A stretch of DNA of 64,000 nt from Xylographa opegraphella (lineage: Eukaryota): assembly GCA_022813865.1 (NCBI GenBank), contig JALDZX010000011.1:248001-312000 (forward strand), given 5' to 3'. Both the position numbers and the translations under genes were made by a program. Shown here in pieces: positions 13,392 to 25,966 of the stretch (position 1 is the first letter of the stretch; the number at the start of each line of letters is the position of its first letter). The notes beneath the pieces are model-generated. The model was given only the letters and a program-made list of their open reading frames with translations, did no database searches and was not told the DNA's origin.

Positions 13392-15981
13392 ATGGTCTCG
13401 CAAGTTACTGGGCTACAATTCTATCCTCTCCGAGTAGTGACACAGCGTCTGGCCTCCACGCCTACCAATCGTTTACCACACGTTGTTCCTTTTCTATCCA
13501 ATACTATTGCTAATTGTCGTGATGTCTTCAAGCATTCAGAAATCTCCGAGCAGACTAAAGATGGATCTGAAGTTGGCATTGTTGTGCACAAGCTCAAAAC
13601 ACAGTTATCCACATTGCTGCAGGACAAAAGGATCGAGGCAAGGTGGTCAGCTGTGATCTTAATCAAGGCTACCGTAGAAGCCGGCGGCTGGAGTATCCTT
13701 CAAGGCTGCGGAGCGTGGACTCGAGGTCTCTTGGCTATACTCAATGTACGTGGGTCCATGTCCGTATCATTACCATACAATGCTACCTTCTTTCGATGTA
13801 CATTCTTCTGTCACAAGAACATTTCATAATATATGCTGACCATGAGCACAGAAACCTGAACCTTCTACGACTAAGAAGCTGTGTCTTATAACATTGACAA
13901 GAATTTTTGTGCTAACTCAAGAACACCAAAGTCTTGTTAGAGAGATAACCACACCGTCGATACCTCCTTTCGTTACTTCATGCTTGAACTTGATTACCAT
14001 AACTGGGTCCACCAAAGAATCACGAACGTTAGATGTGACCAGCCCGCTACTTGAAACCGTACTACAAGTCTTGATAAAGCTTATCCCAAGCCATCCTTCA
14101 TCATTACGGCCTTTTGTTGCGCAAATACGCTCACTCCTCGCTGTTTCACTGGCACCCGTGCCATCAGACGTCACTTTAGAGGAAGAGTCAAAAGTAGCAA
14201 GAGCTTATCCTCCTGCATCAACAGTATTTCTTAGCCAGCATCTGTTCGCTTTACTACCTCAGTGTGCACCTAAAAACGCTGCGAATGATGAGTACTGTAG
14301 GTATTTAAGAGCTACACTGGAGCAAATTCATAGAACTGCAGACTATGTATTCCGAGCTATCTTTGAGGATCGTGTGTCCTCTACAAAAGTAAGCACAGTT
14401 TCAGCTTCCGTCAGTAATTATGGTGACATCGTGAATGACGAGATCGATGATATTCTGGATCTATCTGGCTGGAGAGGTATTGAAGCAGGAGTTGAAAGGC
14501 TTGAGGGACTCCTTTCGTTGCTGCAAGGTTTCATTGCGGTGGAAAGCTCTTCTGCGTATAGCTTGCCAGTTGGTTCCATCGTATCCACACTGGAAAGACT
14601 GCTTAATATTATATTACCCGCGAAGTTGGACCATCAGAACCCTGCCTCTCAAGCACGGTGGAATCCTGAAGTTGGTCGAGATGAGCGTGAAGGCATGTGG
14701 TTGAAGCTGCCTTCGATACATGCAAAAGCTATCGCTGTTCTTTCAACGTTGATCGACAGGCTAGATATCGTTTCGATTGGGATATTACCAGGGCTCTTAG
14801 AGCAGGTACTATGGGTTTTACGTCATGAGAAGGACCAACAAGACTTGAGAAGCTCTGTCTACAGAATCGTGTCCCAGATTCTTGGTATCATCGGACCCTC
14901 TTTGTCGCAGAGCACGGTCTCTTCATGTTCTCCCCTTATCCGGACACTGTGTCAGGATCTTCTTCCTGAAGAGGCTCGAAGCGAGACTTCTTTGAGCTCC
15001 ACCACCAATGGCGGGAAGATAGTTTCAAGCAACATGAACAATGCAGACTCATACCTGAAGTCTAAAATTGCGACTAGTAAACAACTCCAGGCCCGCTCAG
15101 ATTTCGAAGTAGCGGCTGCCAGCTTGCTTATTTCTATACTTTCTAATATTCCGACGAGTTTTCTATCTGCCCCAATACGAAACCTGATTGATCGTACTGC
15201 TATCTTGACCAATAACCACAGAGCTATGCTTGCAAGTGTGCTCAATCCGGGATCTTTGGCGAAAGGTAAACATACAAGCAGCATTTTGCCATTTTTCGCA
15301 AGAGCTGCTGCCACTTCTCTAGAAGCTGAAGCCATTTTACGACCGAGAATGCCGCTTCTACAACAGCAAAAGGTTGATCGAGATACCATTGACGCAGAAG
15401 ATGAGGAGGACATCGACATGACAACAACCTACAACAATAATCTAGGGATTGAGCGCGAAACAGCTCCGGCAAATGACGAGATAGATAACGAAAAGCAGGT
15501 ACCAAACGCTATCCCTGACTTCTTGAGAACGGCGAGGGAAACACAGGATGCTTCGGTGAAGCAGTCAGAAAGACCAAGTACGACCACTGGAGAAAAGAAG
15601 TCAGCCGACTCCAGGAAGCGCAAAGGAGAGGCTGAGGATTCAGCAAGTATTGGGGAGGTGTCAACACCTGGTCTGCTCAATCCGCTCGCCAAGCGTACGC
15701 GCCTGCAAGACGAGGATATCAATCAAGGGCCCGTGTCCCAAACTTATACAACGCCTTTTGCGCCAGTATATAGTAAGCAAACTGAAAAGACGGATAACGC
15801 GGCTGTCACGCCACTTGTGAAGCCTAATCTTCTTGCCAATGACAATCACGAAGGCGAAGTAGCAAATGACAGCGACGATAGCTTCGAGATTCCCCCTATC
15901 ATCTTGGACTCGGATAGTGATGATAACGAAGAGGAAAGCGAGAATGATGCTGATGTCACAGAGGTTGGTCAACCAAGCTAG
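13392..15981 (+). CDS. RIX1: Pre-rRNA processing protein Rix1 (PELP1-like), one intron near 13746-13851
   Basis: VHKLKTQLSTLLQDK...RWSAVILIKATVEAGGW, LVREITTPSIPPFVTSCL, LEAEAILRPRMP, acidic C-terminus. Confidence 0.88.
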
Positions 15982-16204
15982 GAACAAGACGAGGATCGAT
16001 GGAAACTGTGCAAATCGTATATAAATAAACTGGTATGGTCCAATCATTGCTGAACAGATGGCCACGACGTTGATCTTTACAATGTTCAAGTTGCACTGAA
16101 AAATAAACCCAACCTCGTCAGTATACCCAGGTTCTATATGACTGATCTAACCAATCTATTTATTCCATATTTCTGCTCGTGTCGTTCATGCTTTTCTGGC
16201 GATA

Positions 16205-17842
16205 CTAAAACGCCAATCCACTCTGCCACCACTTCTGCCCCGAGTACCAGCTTATGATTCTACCATTCCAGCACCACCATCCCTCTCCCTGGGCACCGAA
16301 CCCCAAGCCCCTCCATAAACTGACCGGAATCGGCTCGAACAACCAGATACCGCCCCTAGCAAAGTCGTCTGTCAGAAACGGAGCTGTGTAGTAGAACCAC
16401 ACATGCACGGCCACAAAATTACCCATGCCCCTCACCGAGGTAGGGAGCTTCTCTCTTAAGCCCATCATTCCCAGAAGTTCTGAGAATCCCATCTGCAAAA
16501 CGATTCCTATAGGTTGTAAGACAAAAAAAGTAAATGGACCGTGCAGTGGTCGTGTCGCAGGCCACATTGTCGTGCTTCCGGCTGCATGGAGGGAGCCGCT
16601 ACATACGAACGCGATAACTAGCCCTAGAAGCTTCGCCTTCAGCCCACGTTCTTTCCAGCCTAACTTCTTCACGATGTATTTCTGTGGGGCCTCGAAAGCG
16701 AAGCGGAAAGTTTGGTGCCACCACCCGCCCCACCAACCCGCAAGACCTTTCCGGAACACTAGGTTGTAGCTGCCGTATATGTCTGGGTATTGCCAGGTAG
16801 CGGCTCTCAGTCCGAGGATTTTGGGGCCCAGAAGCCCGACGAAGATAGGAGCTGCAAGCGCCATGATGGACTCGAGGGCGACGTATGTGCCAGCGAGGGA
16901 GATGAGGAGGCGCCAGATGCGAGTTAAGACTGTAGAAGAACTAATGAAGGTAGGGAGATAGGTCGGTGGAGCAGCAGAGGTGAGACCCCAAAAATAGGGG
17001 TCAGACATCATTAGGACTTTGAGTGTGTCGAGAGCGAGGTAGCCGAGAACAACGGTGGTAGCCTTGGTTCGGACCAGGGTCTTGGAGTCTGGATAGCGAG
17101 AAACTCCCGTAGAGACGATAGCAGGTGTCTGCTTGAGTGGTTTTGCGGACGGCCGCAGGTTGTCAAGTATGTCCGGCGGAGGCGATGGGATAGTGTTGAT
17201 CTGATGAGACCAGCCAATTAGGCGGAAATTGCTGACAAGGTCGGCAACCCACTCGAGGCGTTGGTAGAAATTTGCTGGATGTTTCTGCCAGACGTATTTA
17301 TGGGTACTGTTGGACTGCTCTGGTCCGGTGCCCCCCTTAGCTGGTGATTCTTCGGTACGGCGCCGCCGAACTTTATGACTATCGGCGGAGCCATTTAGTA
17401 CAGCATCCGCGCCTTCTTGTATTGCGTGCCCATTGCTCTCCTGGTCGACATACGGTACAACTTCTGCCTTCTCTATCCTACAAAAATCACTCCGCCCATC
17501 GTCAAAGATTAAGACAGCAGCGAGCCACAGAATTGCCCAGGCGTCCAGGAGCCCGATGCCGTAGCTCGTAGATACTGCAGCGCTCCTGCATTCTTTGATC
17601 GCCTTAATTGCCCAGTACACATTGAAAGCAAAGACAGGATATCTCGCATAAGAAACGAATCTCGAGGACGTAGGAGGAATAAGAAGATACATTATTACAA
17701 GATATACGCCCAGAGATCTATGTGGCCAGACATAGGGCAAGTAATCACCTTTCGCGACGGCATCATTATATTGCTTCTCGTACAGAGTTACAAGCGCTCG
17801 ATACGATGATGGAGGAGAACTCCCTAGAGGATTATAGACCAT
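16205..17842 (-). CDS. Membrane-bound O-acyltransferase (MBOAT_2 / wax-synthase-like)
   Basis: Multiple hydrophobic segments; GLAGWWGGWWHQTFRFAF and AFVCSGSLHA (catalytic His region), FFVLQPIGI. Confidence 0.88.
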   Translation of the reverse strand: MVYNPLGSSPPSSYRALVTLYEKQYNDAVAKGDYLPYVWPHRSLGVYLVIMYLLIPPTSSRFVSYARYPVFAFNVYWAIKAIKECRSAAVSTSYGIGLLDAWAILWLAAVLIFDDGRSDFCRIEKAEVVPYVDQESNGHAIQEGADAVLNGSADSHKVRRRRTEESPAKGGTGPEQSNSTHKYVWQKHPANFYQRLEWVADLVSNFRLIGWSHQINTIPSPPPDILDNLRPSAKPLKQTPAIVSTGVSRYPDSKTLVRTKATTVVLGYLALDTLKVLMMSDPYFWGLTSAAPPTYLPTFISSSTVLTRIWRLLISLAGTYVALESIMALAAPIFVGLLGPKILGLRAATWQYPDIYGSYNLVFRKGLAGWWGGWWHQTFRFAFEAPQKYIVKKLGWKERGLKAKLLGLVIAFVCSGSLHAAGSTTMWPATRPLHGPFTFFVLQPIGIVLQMGFSELLGMMGLREKLPTSVRGMGNFVAVHVWFYYTAPFLTDDFARGGIWLFEPIPVSLWRGLGFGAQGEGWWCWNGRIISWYSGQKWWQSGLAF

Positions 17843-17994
17843 GTCCTTTGCACAAAGAGTTGCACTTACCAGATTCAAAACACGATCAGCTTCCCAAATG
17901 TCCTAGGTCGTCATCGATACCAATCGGGCCTATTTTGTTCCGAGGCTGACCTCATCATTTCTTACGTTTGGCGCGTGTATTGCCTCAGTAGGTA

Positions 17995-18128
17995 CCTCAG
18001 ACGGGGTCCACTAAGCCCCTCCGGGTTAGTGCTTCTACTTTGCTGACTAACAGGTTGGGAGCTGATGTTTCTAACTTGTTAGTAAGCAAAGCACTAACCC
18101 GCAGGGACTTAGTGCGCCCCGTCTGAGG
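17995..18128. mobile_element. 134-bp foldback / MITE-like inverted-repeat element
   Basis: Left arm CCTCAGACGGGGTCCACTAAGCCCCTCCGGGTTAGTGCTT...GACTAACAGGTTGG matches the reverse complement of the right arm (CCTCAGACGGGGCGCACTAAGTCCCTGCGGGTTAGTGCTTTGCTTACTAACAAGTTAG) over about 60 bp with a short loop; TA on the left flank only. Confidence 0.7.
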
Positions 18129-18480
18129 GACTAAGGCAACGCGTGTACAATAAAAGCTACCTGGATCCTTCTACACGAATCATAATTCCGCTCAGTATTA
18201 AAGACTGACTGGAAGAGCTTCAAAGGTCTCCGGAAGAATTTGTAATGCTGTGATACTGGTACCTCACGACTGAATATACCCATCGAAGTATCCCTTGCTC
18301 GTGTCTTCATATGTGGGAACAATGCGATGTTTCTAAGTACTCCTTTTGGCATTACTTGACCGTGTATAACCAGCAAGTAAAAGCTCAACAGAATTGTCAA
18401 TGCGGACTATGCTAGATAGGACTGCACAAAGTCGACTGTTCGATACGCCCATCCTGGCTCTCGTACCTCTTGAAGTGACG

Positions 18481-19870
18481 ATGTCATCCATTCCGTCTTA
18501 CAAAGCATTCCAAGAGTGGCTCTTGCCATCAAAGACTTGGGTCATGCTATTTATACTTGGCTACTTCTGTACAGTAGCTGTGCTGCGGTTACGGCGGATA
18601 AGAAGTATACAGAGGCGATACCAATACCCGTCAAGAGCTTCATTCGCAAAGATGACCTTAGACGACGCCTCCGCCATTCAGTGCGAGCTTGTGGAGCTCG
18701 AATTCCCAATGATGTTTCTGAAAGCATTGGAATTTGCACTATTCAAGGTCAGGCGTTTCCAGTGAACGTTGGCGATATAGCTGAGATTCCTCGTAGACCT
18801 ATGGCATACCAACAATATCCAGGCTACTGGTCCAAACAAAAGAACTAACGGATCCTGCCCTAGTGCCGAAGAGGTATGTTGACACGACAGTCCTCATTCG
18901 TGAGTTCTGTGAGAATCCACCAAGCTCGGAACGATACCGGGAAGCAATTGCTCGTATGAACTACATCCATTCCGTCTATCAACAGGCGGGCAAGATCAAG
19001 GATGATGACTTGCTGTATACTCTTAGCCTCTTTGCGCTGGAGCCTGCGAAATGGATAAACAAATATGAATGGAGAGCCTTGACAAGTGTGGAAGAGTGCG
19101 CCATTGGGACTTTTTGGAAAAGTATCGGGGATGCAATGTTGTTGGACTATAGAAGCATGAAACCGAGTGAGAAAGGTTGGATCGACGGACTCGGTTGGCT
19201 GGATGACATACGAACTTGGAGTCAAAACTATGAAGAACGACACATGGTTCCAGCTTCAGACAACAAAAAAGTTGCCGATGAAACTGTTGCTTTGCTGCTT
19301 TGGTTTGTCCCCAAGTGGCTTCAGCACATTGGACGATGTGCTGTCTCTGCACTGATCGACGATAGACTTCGCGAAGCCATCATGTAACAGCTTGGTATCC
19401 CTAAATATCAGTACTTTGTGCTGATCAGTTGTAGGTATGAAAGACCTTCTATTGGCTACTTCGTACTCATGAGAACCTTCTTCCTAATTCGGAAAGCGAT
19501 TCTTCGCTATGCTATGCTCCCTCGTTTGTCATCCCAACGTGCGCGAAGACTCTCGGACAAGCTCAATGAGCATGGGCGATATCACCTCAAAGCTTATGAC
19601 AACGCTCCTCTCTATATTCGTGCCACTTTGTGGGAAAGGTGGAGTCTTCAGGCTTGGATGCTCTGGCTTTTAGGCCGGCCCCTGCCAGGCGACGCAGAGC
19701 GCAAGCATCACTCACAAGGCTATAAAATTGGTGAGATTGGCCCAGAACGTATGATCGGGAAAGGGGCACAAACGATGAACGAGACGAAAGCAAGACTCGA
19801 AGCGCAGGCCTCAGGAACCTGTCCATTCTCCATGGGAGTCACTACATCTGTGTCGAGTGTTCCAACGTAG
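18481..19870 (+). CDS. MpaB/DUF2236 (Lcp-like) ER-bound oxygenase family protein, 2 introns (18748-18796, about 19385-19434)
   Basis: N-terminal TM; EFPMMFLKALEFALFK|TYGIPTISRLL, KRYVDT, AIARMNYIH, DDLLYTLSLF, C-terminal CPF. Confidence 0.88.
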
Positions 19871-20798
19871 GGAAGTTTCTGCTTAATGGATTTCGTTCGT
19901 TCAACAACTTAAACAGACAATATCCAAGAGCTCAACCCATAAATCGGCCAATGCAACTCATGGTGTTGCGACCTCACCCGATGACCTTACTACATTGACA
20001 CGATGGGGTCACCATACAATGAAGACTTAGGTGAGTTATAGACTAATAAAGCCGTTGAAACCACAGTGTATACACCCAATCCATATTTGTTCCAAAGCGT
20101 GCGGCACAACCGTTTTCAAGTACGGACTCATGCTTTTTCAATAAGAAATCTGGAAACAACAGTTCGTACCTCTGCGTCCTTGCTATATGTTTAGGCTTGC
20201 TCAGTTCTACAACGAGGCCTGACTGTGTAACTCCAATCAATTCCTGTCACCATATATTGCTTATACATGAGCATCGACGAGCGCAGTTGTGAACTTGGAT
20301 TTCGAAATGAACGTCTGCCGAACTTTTCGCTATAAAACTAGTGATATAAAGGTTGTAATATTCCATGCCAACTGAGTTTCTTGCCATATTGCAAAACACA
20401 AGGCGGCCCACGAGCGTGTGTTGACATTGGCTTTCCTCTCGCTGCGTTGAAGTAATACAGTGTTACGGGTCACGACTAGCTCGGCACTGGCTGATTCACT
20501 GGATGCTCAGTTTGCATCATGTTGCCGAAAATTGTATGCAACAACACGGCTGTCATAGACAACACCGCTTCCATTCTATCATTCAGGTTCAAACCACTCC
20601 TCCATGTTGCCTGTGCTTGAATTCAAGGCTTACTGTGGAACTACCAAGTCCGAAGACTTCACTTCAAGAGTTCACTTCAAGAATTTCATTATTGGACAGT
20701 TTGTACAGAAAAGTCGAGGTCTCGATTCTTGGATTAGCCTCGCAAGGCTTCTCGCAGCATATCTGCATCTAATCACGGTCGTATCCCGATCACCCGAC

Positions 20799-21642
20799 AT
20801 GTCTTTGGGCAACTACTATAACATCCGCCACGAGGGAGAGAATATGCTCTGCTGTCTGCCAGGAGAAGAGGACTGGAAGCCAGCTGTATGGCATGATAAC
20901 ATCCGAGAAGAGCTGATTGAGAGCGTCAAAGGCAATGTTGGTACTTATGGTATAGTACAATCGAAGACTCTTCTCAGACGAACTTATTGACCGTATTTAA
21001 GAACATCCCCGAACTAAAGGAAAAGAAGTGAACAACATCACTAGCTTCCATCCATATTATCGATACTGGGGCGGAGACGAGGAAAGTCGCCCGAAGATAC
21101 TCTTCCAATTTGATCCCAGTGATGACTGGGGAAGCCTCAACTGCAAGCCCCAGGGTATGATGCACGAGGGAAAGATCGTTCTCGATATGGAGAATCGTCA
21201 AGTTCGTGACTTCTACGAGCTGCCCTTCACCATTTCGACACAAGTCGAGGGATGGTTTGTCGAAGCCCTCATCCGCCTTAACCCACACATCCGTTACACC
21301 GATTTCATATCACGTATGCCCAGCACTTCTGCTCATCTCGCAACGCCGAACGTGTTAAATATGCGGGCCATGCGATGGAGGACGAAAAACTGGTGCCGAA
21401 GCTGGACTAAGAAGGATGGCACCGAAACTATCCGGCGCTACATGTGGGACAAGATGACAGCGGAGCAGCAGGCACAGAACTGCACCAAAGGCATGGGTGT
21501 TGCAACGGCAGTCCAAGTCAAAGAGATCGAAAGCCTTAACAAGGGGAAGCTTAACCGTGGCAAGAGAGGTCATGGCAAGCGTAAACGTGAGGCCGAAGGT
21601 GCTGGTGACACAACCGAGAGTGATGGCATGGGCATAAGCTAG
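20799..21642 (+). CDS. Unknown-family paralogue A (about 263 aa; exons 20799-20949, 21002-21642)
   Basis: Splicing at TAT G|GTATAG...TTAAG|AA gives a continuous ORF with the shared motifs PAVWHDNIREELI, KIVLDMENR, LPFTIST, DFISRMP, NVLNMRAMRWR, NKGK. Confidence 0.8.
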
Positions 21643-23541
21643 CAGTATGACTAAGAGCCGATCGAGTGGTGCCGGTTTCCGGTGATAGAATGATTTTGGA
21701 AATCTTCCAGATGCTTCGGAGGTTCATGCGGGCGTAGATAGCTCTGATGAAGCAAAGTCTTTTGTACGTAGTGTCCTTGGCACAGGTTTGCTTTGGATAT
21801 CTTCAATGACTATCACTAGTCTAGCTTACATCGGCTCCTTGATCAAGTCTTAACAATACCAGATCATAGAAGACGTGTATTCGTGTAAAGTGGACTTCAA
21901 CCCGAAGCTCGTTTGTTATCTGGTAGCTCTTGACTCATGTATTCGTCAGCCGCGTGATGGTTTAAATGACAAACTTTGCTATTGTACAGACAATGTGAAG
22001 CCTGCCACATCGCTCCGGTGTCGGAGGAAGCGGTGTGTCTGCTTAATGGTGACTCAATTCATTGACAGTGTACCCACATATCTGACTCCTGGTTTTCGCT
22101 ATATACTTTCTCTTCTTTCTTGCATCTCGTAAGATCGTCATCTCCTCACTCGGTGTGTCCAGAGATGGTATACAGCTCTATGGTTTCTCTTGTATCATAA
22201 TGCTATTCTTACGGCAGTCCACATCTAGGGATCGAATCGGTATAAGCCTCTCAGTCGGCATCACAGAACAGATATTTGGAACGTTTATAAGAGGCTCTAA
22301 TTGCCCAAAAAATACAGTAACCGCGATCATATATCTTGATCGGTTAGATCGTCGATCGATGATGAGTAAAGGTCCAGGATAGAGCCTTCGTAGTAGATAT
22401 ATGCTGCTGCTTTCTGATTCGCTAGATCTCCCACGCCAGAGCTGCAGTCGTTCAACCTTTATCTTAGATCGTAAAGAAAGGTTCACGAACTCAGGATAGG
22501 ATGTCTCGAATGCTCGTATTTCTTCAGAAGAGAACGTATAGCGGTCAGCAGAATATCAGCCTCGTTAAATTCTGGCTCCGCGAAGTCCTACAAGTAAAAG
22601 CACTGAAGTTGGTGAGTGAAGACCACAGTAGATATGTACGAGGAACCTTACTTACCACACTAGATGCGAACAGTTGCTCTTGCCGATCTGAGCAGCTCTA
22701 GGATACATGCAAGAAGAGTATCGCCAATCGTTTTCATATATTCCTCCAGAGGCAGGCTATCGTTGAGCTTGACCCACCAAACTGGCAAGTGAAATATCAT
22801 GATGTCTTCCATGTGCAATAATGGTTTGTGAGCTATATCGTACCCGGTTCTAGATAGGCCACCAGGCGATGAATCGACATATAGGAATCGGGTACGTATT
22901 GTCTTTTAAGACTTATACCCGAGCTCACAAGGTGATGAGAAGAAGAATACTAGATTCGATCAGTCAGCACTGAGAAATTGCTCTCTAAGCCTGTACTTGT
23001 AATATGCAGCGATGTCGTACCCACCACAAGACCTCAGCCTCATTAGTATTTATATTTTTCTTTCTTTTCCTCCTATTAAAACATTAAATTTTGTAATCGA
23101 CTTCCATGCACGGGTATATATGAGGATGGGCTATATTATATATGATGATTGTCTTTAGAAATCGTAAGTACTCCCTGTACTCCCCTTGCCCTATGTCTAC
23201 CGAGGCTTTTCAGCGTGATCTCGCACTAGCGTGTTAGGGCTAGTAAGTCACGAGATTGAAACGTCAATACCCGAGTGATTGACATCGATTGACACCGATT
23301 GACACTGCACTACGCATAGTGAGCATTCACGTCAACTCGAGTGGTGTCAATTGACTAGCGTTGTTATTCCAGATCACACGCCTGCATTCGTAGTCTTCAC
23401 TTGCTTTCTGCCTCTCTACTTCTTCACCTTCATCCTCCATCATAAAAATCTTCCACCATCCACATCAATTACAACCTCATTTCACTTGTTCATACCTCAA
23501 TAGTAACTGATCTAACTCTTCTCTTGTAGCCAGTTGACAGT

Positions 23542-25168
23542 ATGGTTGGTACTGTTCGACAACGCGCTGTTGGTGATGGAGTGGAATGGTTTGACCCTGA
23601 GCATGAGACATGGCGTATGCTTAATCATTCGAAGACTTTCCAAATATCCAACCTGCTAACACACCAGCCAGACGCTGCCGTGTATCACGACGACATTCGC
23701 GATAGTCTTATCGCTCAAGCTAGTACGCTGGGAGCGTATCGTAATGTCTACCGGTTCCGAATTCCATGATGCTCGAAGACTAATATTAACACAGGATATC
23801 CTCATGGTGTTGGTACCCTACCAAATGACATCACAGCGTACAAGCACGGTACAGTTATACTTGTTATACTTGAGAAGTCCCTATTAGATCAGCTAATATG
23901 ATGTAGAGCAACGAGACTGGGGCGCAGACCGTGCACACTGGCCGGCCATACTGTACCAGTATGAGCCTACAGTGCCAGCTCCTAGAACCCCAAGGGCCGA
24001 TCACTGGAAGACAGAAGCGGGGGAATTCATTCTTGATATAGTCAATGACCCGTTACTGGACTATGCCAAATTGCCACCCACCATTTCGTCCTGCGAGAAA
24101 CCAGCGTTCCTTGAAGCATGGTTTCGCTCAAATTCACGCATTGTCATGAAGGATATCAGGGGACGTATGCCCCAGGATCCGAAGGGTAATTGGGACGGTG
24201 GACTTGACCCCATTCGTAGCGGCACCTTGGGTATGCGTATGACTCGTTTCCGAGAGACACACGGCATGATCTCTTGGAGAAGGAAGAAGGGAAGCGAACA
24301 GATCAAGGCATACATGGATTCAATACTCCCTCAGGCGTGCAAGGACGCCAATTCCATCCGAGGCTTCCGTGTTCTTCATCCGCACGAGAAGTACGCCCTC
24401 CATCTTGGCAATATCGGACAAATGCCAGAGCGTAGCCATGCTGGCACCAAAGATTTGTCTGACGAGAGGAAGGCTGCTGTCAACAAGATCGCTCGCGCTA
24501 AATACGAGTCGTTGAAAGCAGCCTTTGAGGCAAAACAAGCTGCCGGTAACGGTACGGTTGATCCCGACACCTCTTCATCAAGCGAGAGCGATCTTGAAGA
24601 TATCTCGGAGCCAGAACATGATGAGGATAGTAACGCCGAAGATGCGCTACAGAACCTGGATCTTAGCGGAGAGTACGAAGATGATGACTGGTTATCCAGC
24701 CTTGTGCCAGCTAGACAAGCTGATGTCAACGAGAGGGATGAAGAAAGTAGAGCAACTGGGCTAGACTCTACTGGTACTAGTCGTGACGAAGAAAAGCCAG
24801 CCGGTGCTGCGCATGGCTCTGACACTGATGATGAAGATGGCTTCCTAAGTCTGAGGGCCGAGCACCAAGTTCACCAGGTCCTTCTCTTCCAGTTGCTCGT
24901 ACCATCTCGACTTCAATTCGCGACCATCACTGGTCGTCAGCCAGCTCCGACCACTGCTACCGGTTCCTATAATGAGCAATGGGAGGAATTGCAAGTCGAA
25001 CTGGAGGAACACTGGGACGCTTCCGGTCTCCAGGATCAAGTGCCAGAGCTCATTGGCTTAGCACGCCTGACGCGGTCGGAGATCCGATGGAATAATCCGG
25101 CAGAGACAAGGACTTTCCCGCGAGACACAATGATCTTAATCGCGCAACTCCTCGTTGACTTCGACTGA
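23542..25168 (+). CDS. Unknown-family paralogue B (about 485 aa; exons 23542-23614, 23672-23740, 23795-23848, 23907-25168)
   Basis: Canonical introns restore the frame; AAVYHDDIRDSLI, FILDIVNDP, LPPTISS, DIRGRMP, GTLGMRMTRFR; acidic linker and extra C-terminal region; upstream exons possible. Confidence 0.82.
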
Positions 25169-25894
25169 AAGGTTGACCGTATCCGCCCCCTGGTTATTGT
25201 AAGAAGCATTTGCACCACTGTAGATTTGCTCATCGGCTAACCCTCCATATAGGTCCGATATCATCGTGCCATAAGACTGAGTGATGAATATCATAAGAAC
25301 AAGAATCGCTTACGGAGCCCATCAGCTGTCACTGTGACGAAAAGTTTTGAATTCCAAGAGAATTTTGTATAAGGCAAGGGCGTTTTTTCCAGTTTTGATC
25401 ATTAGTCTCTTTCCCCACTTAATACTAGTGTCTTATTGGGAGTCAGCAAAGAGTTACATGTAGTGCGATACTTGTGTGTGTATAAAGACACACTTGTGCC
25501 TGCGGTGATCAGTATGTAGAGTTGGCTTGTACTCAAGAATAGAAATTGGAACAATAGCATTAAATCCTCAGTGAATCCATTTGTTGCCACCACATCTGCC
25601 TCTATACGTGAGGCAAATCCTGTCGCTTGTTTTGTCAGAAAAGACATCCTACAGATGCCGTATGCCATTTTGATCCAGTTCGAATAAGAAGCTCTTGAAC
25701 GCCATAGCCTGAACGTGTATCTTACACAAGAAGCCACTTTACTGAAGCTATTTCAGTGGGTTTGAGCTTCGATTTAGAGCTGCTGTAATAGCATAAACCT
25801 GTATCCTGGGCAGGAATTTCACAACGGACGCAAATGGATGGTGATTAGGCTCGCTTCTGAAGAACCCATCGTGCTCAACCCTGTTGTCACGAAC

Positions 25895-25966
25895 GGCTTT
25901 GTTCCTACAGATGACTTTGTTCCGACAGATGACTTCGTTCCGACAGCTGGCTTTGTCCCGACAGAT
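25895..25966 (+). repeat. 18-bp tandem repeat x4
   Basis: GGCTTTGTTCCTACAGAT GACTTTGTTCCGACAGAT GACTTCGTTCCGACAGCT GGCTTTGTCCCGACAGAT. Confidence 0.9.
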
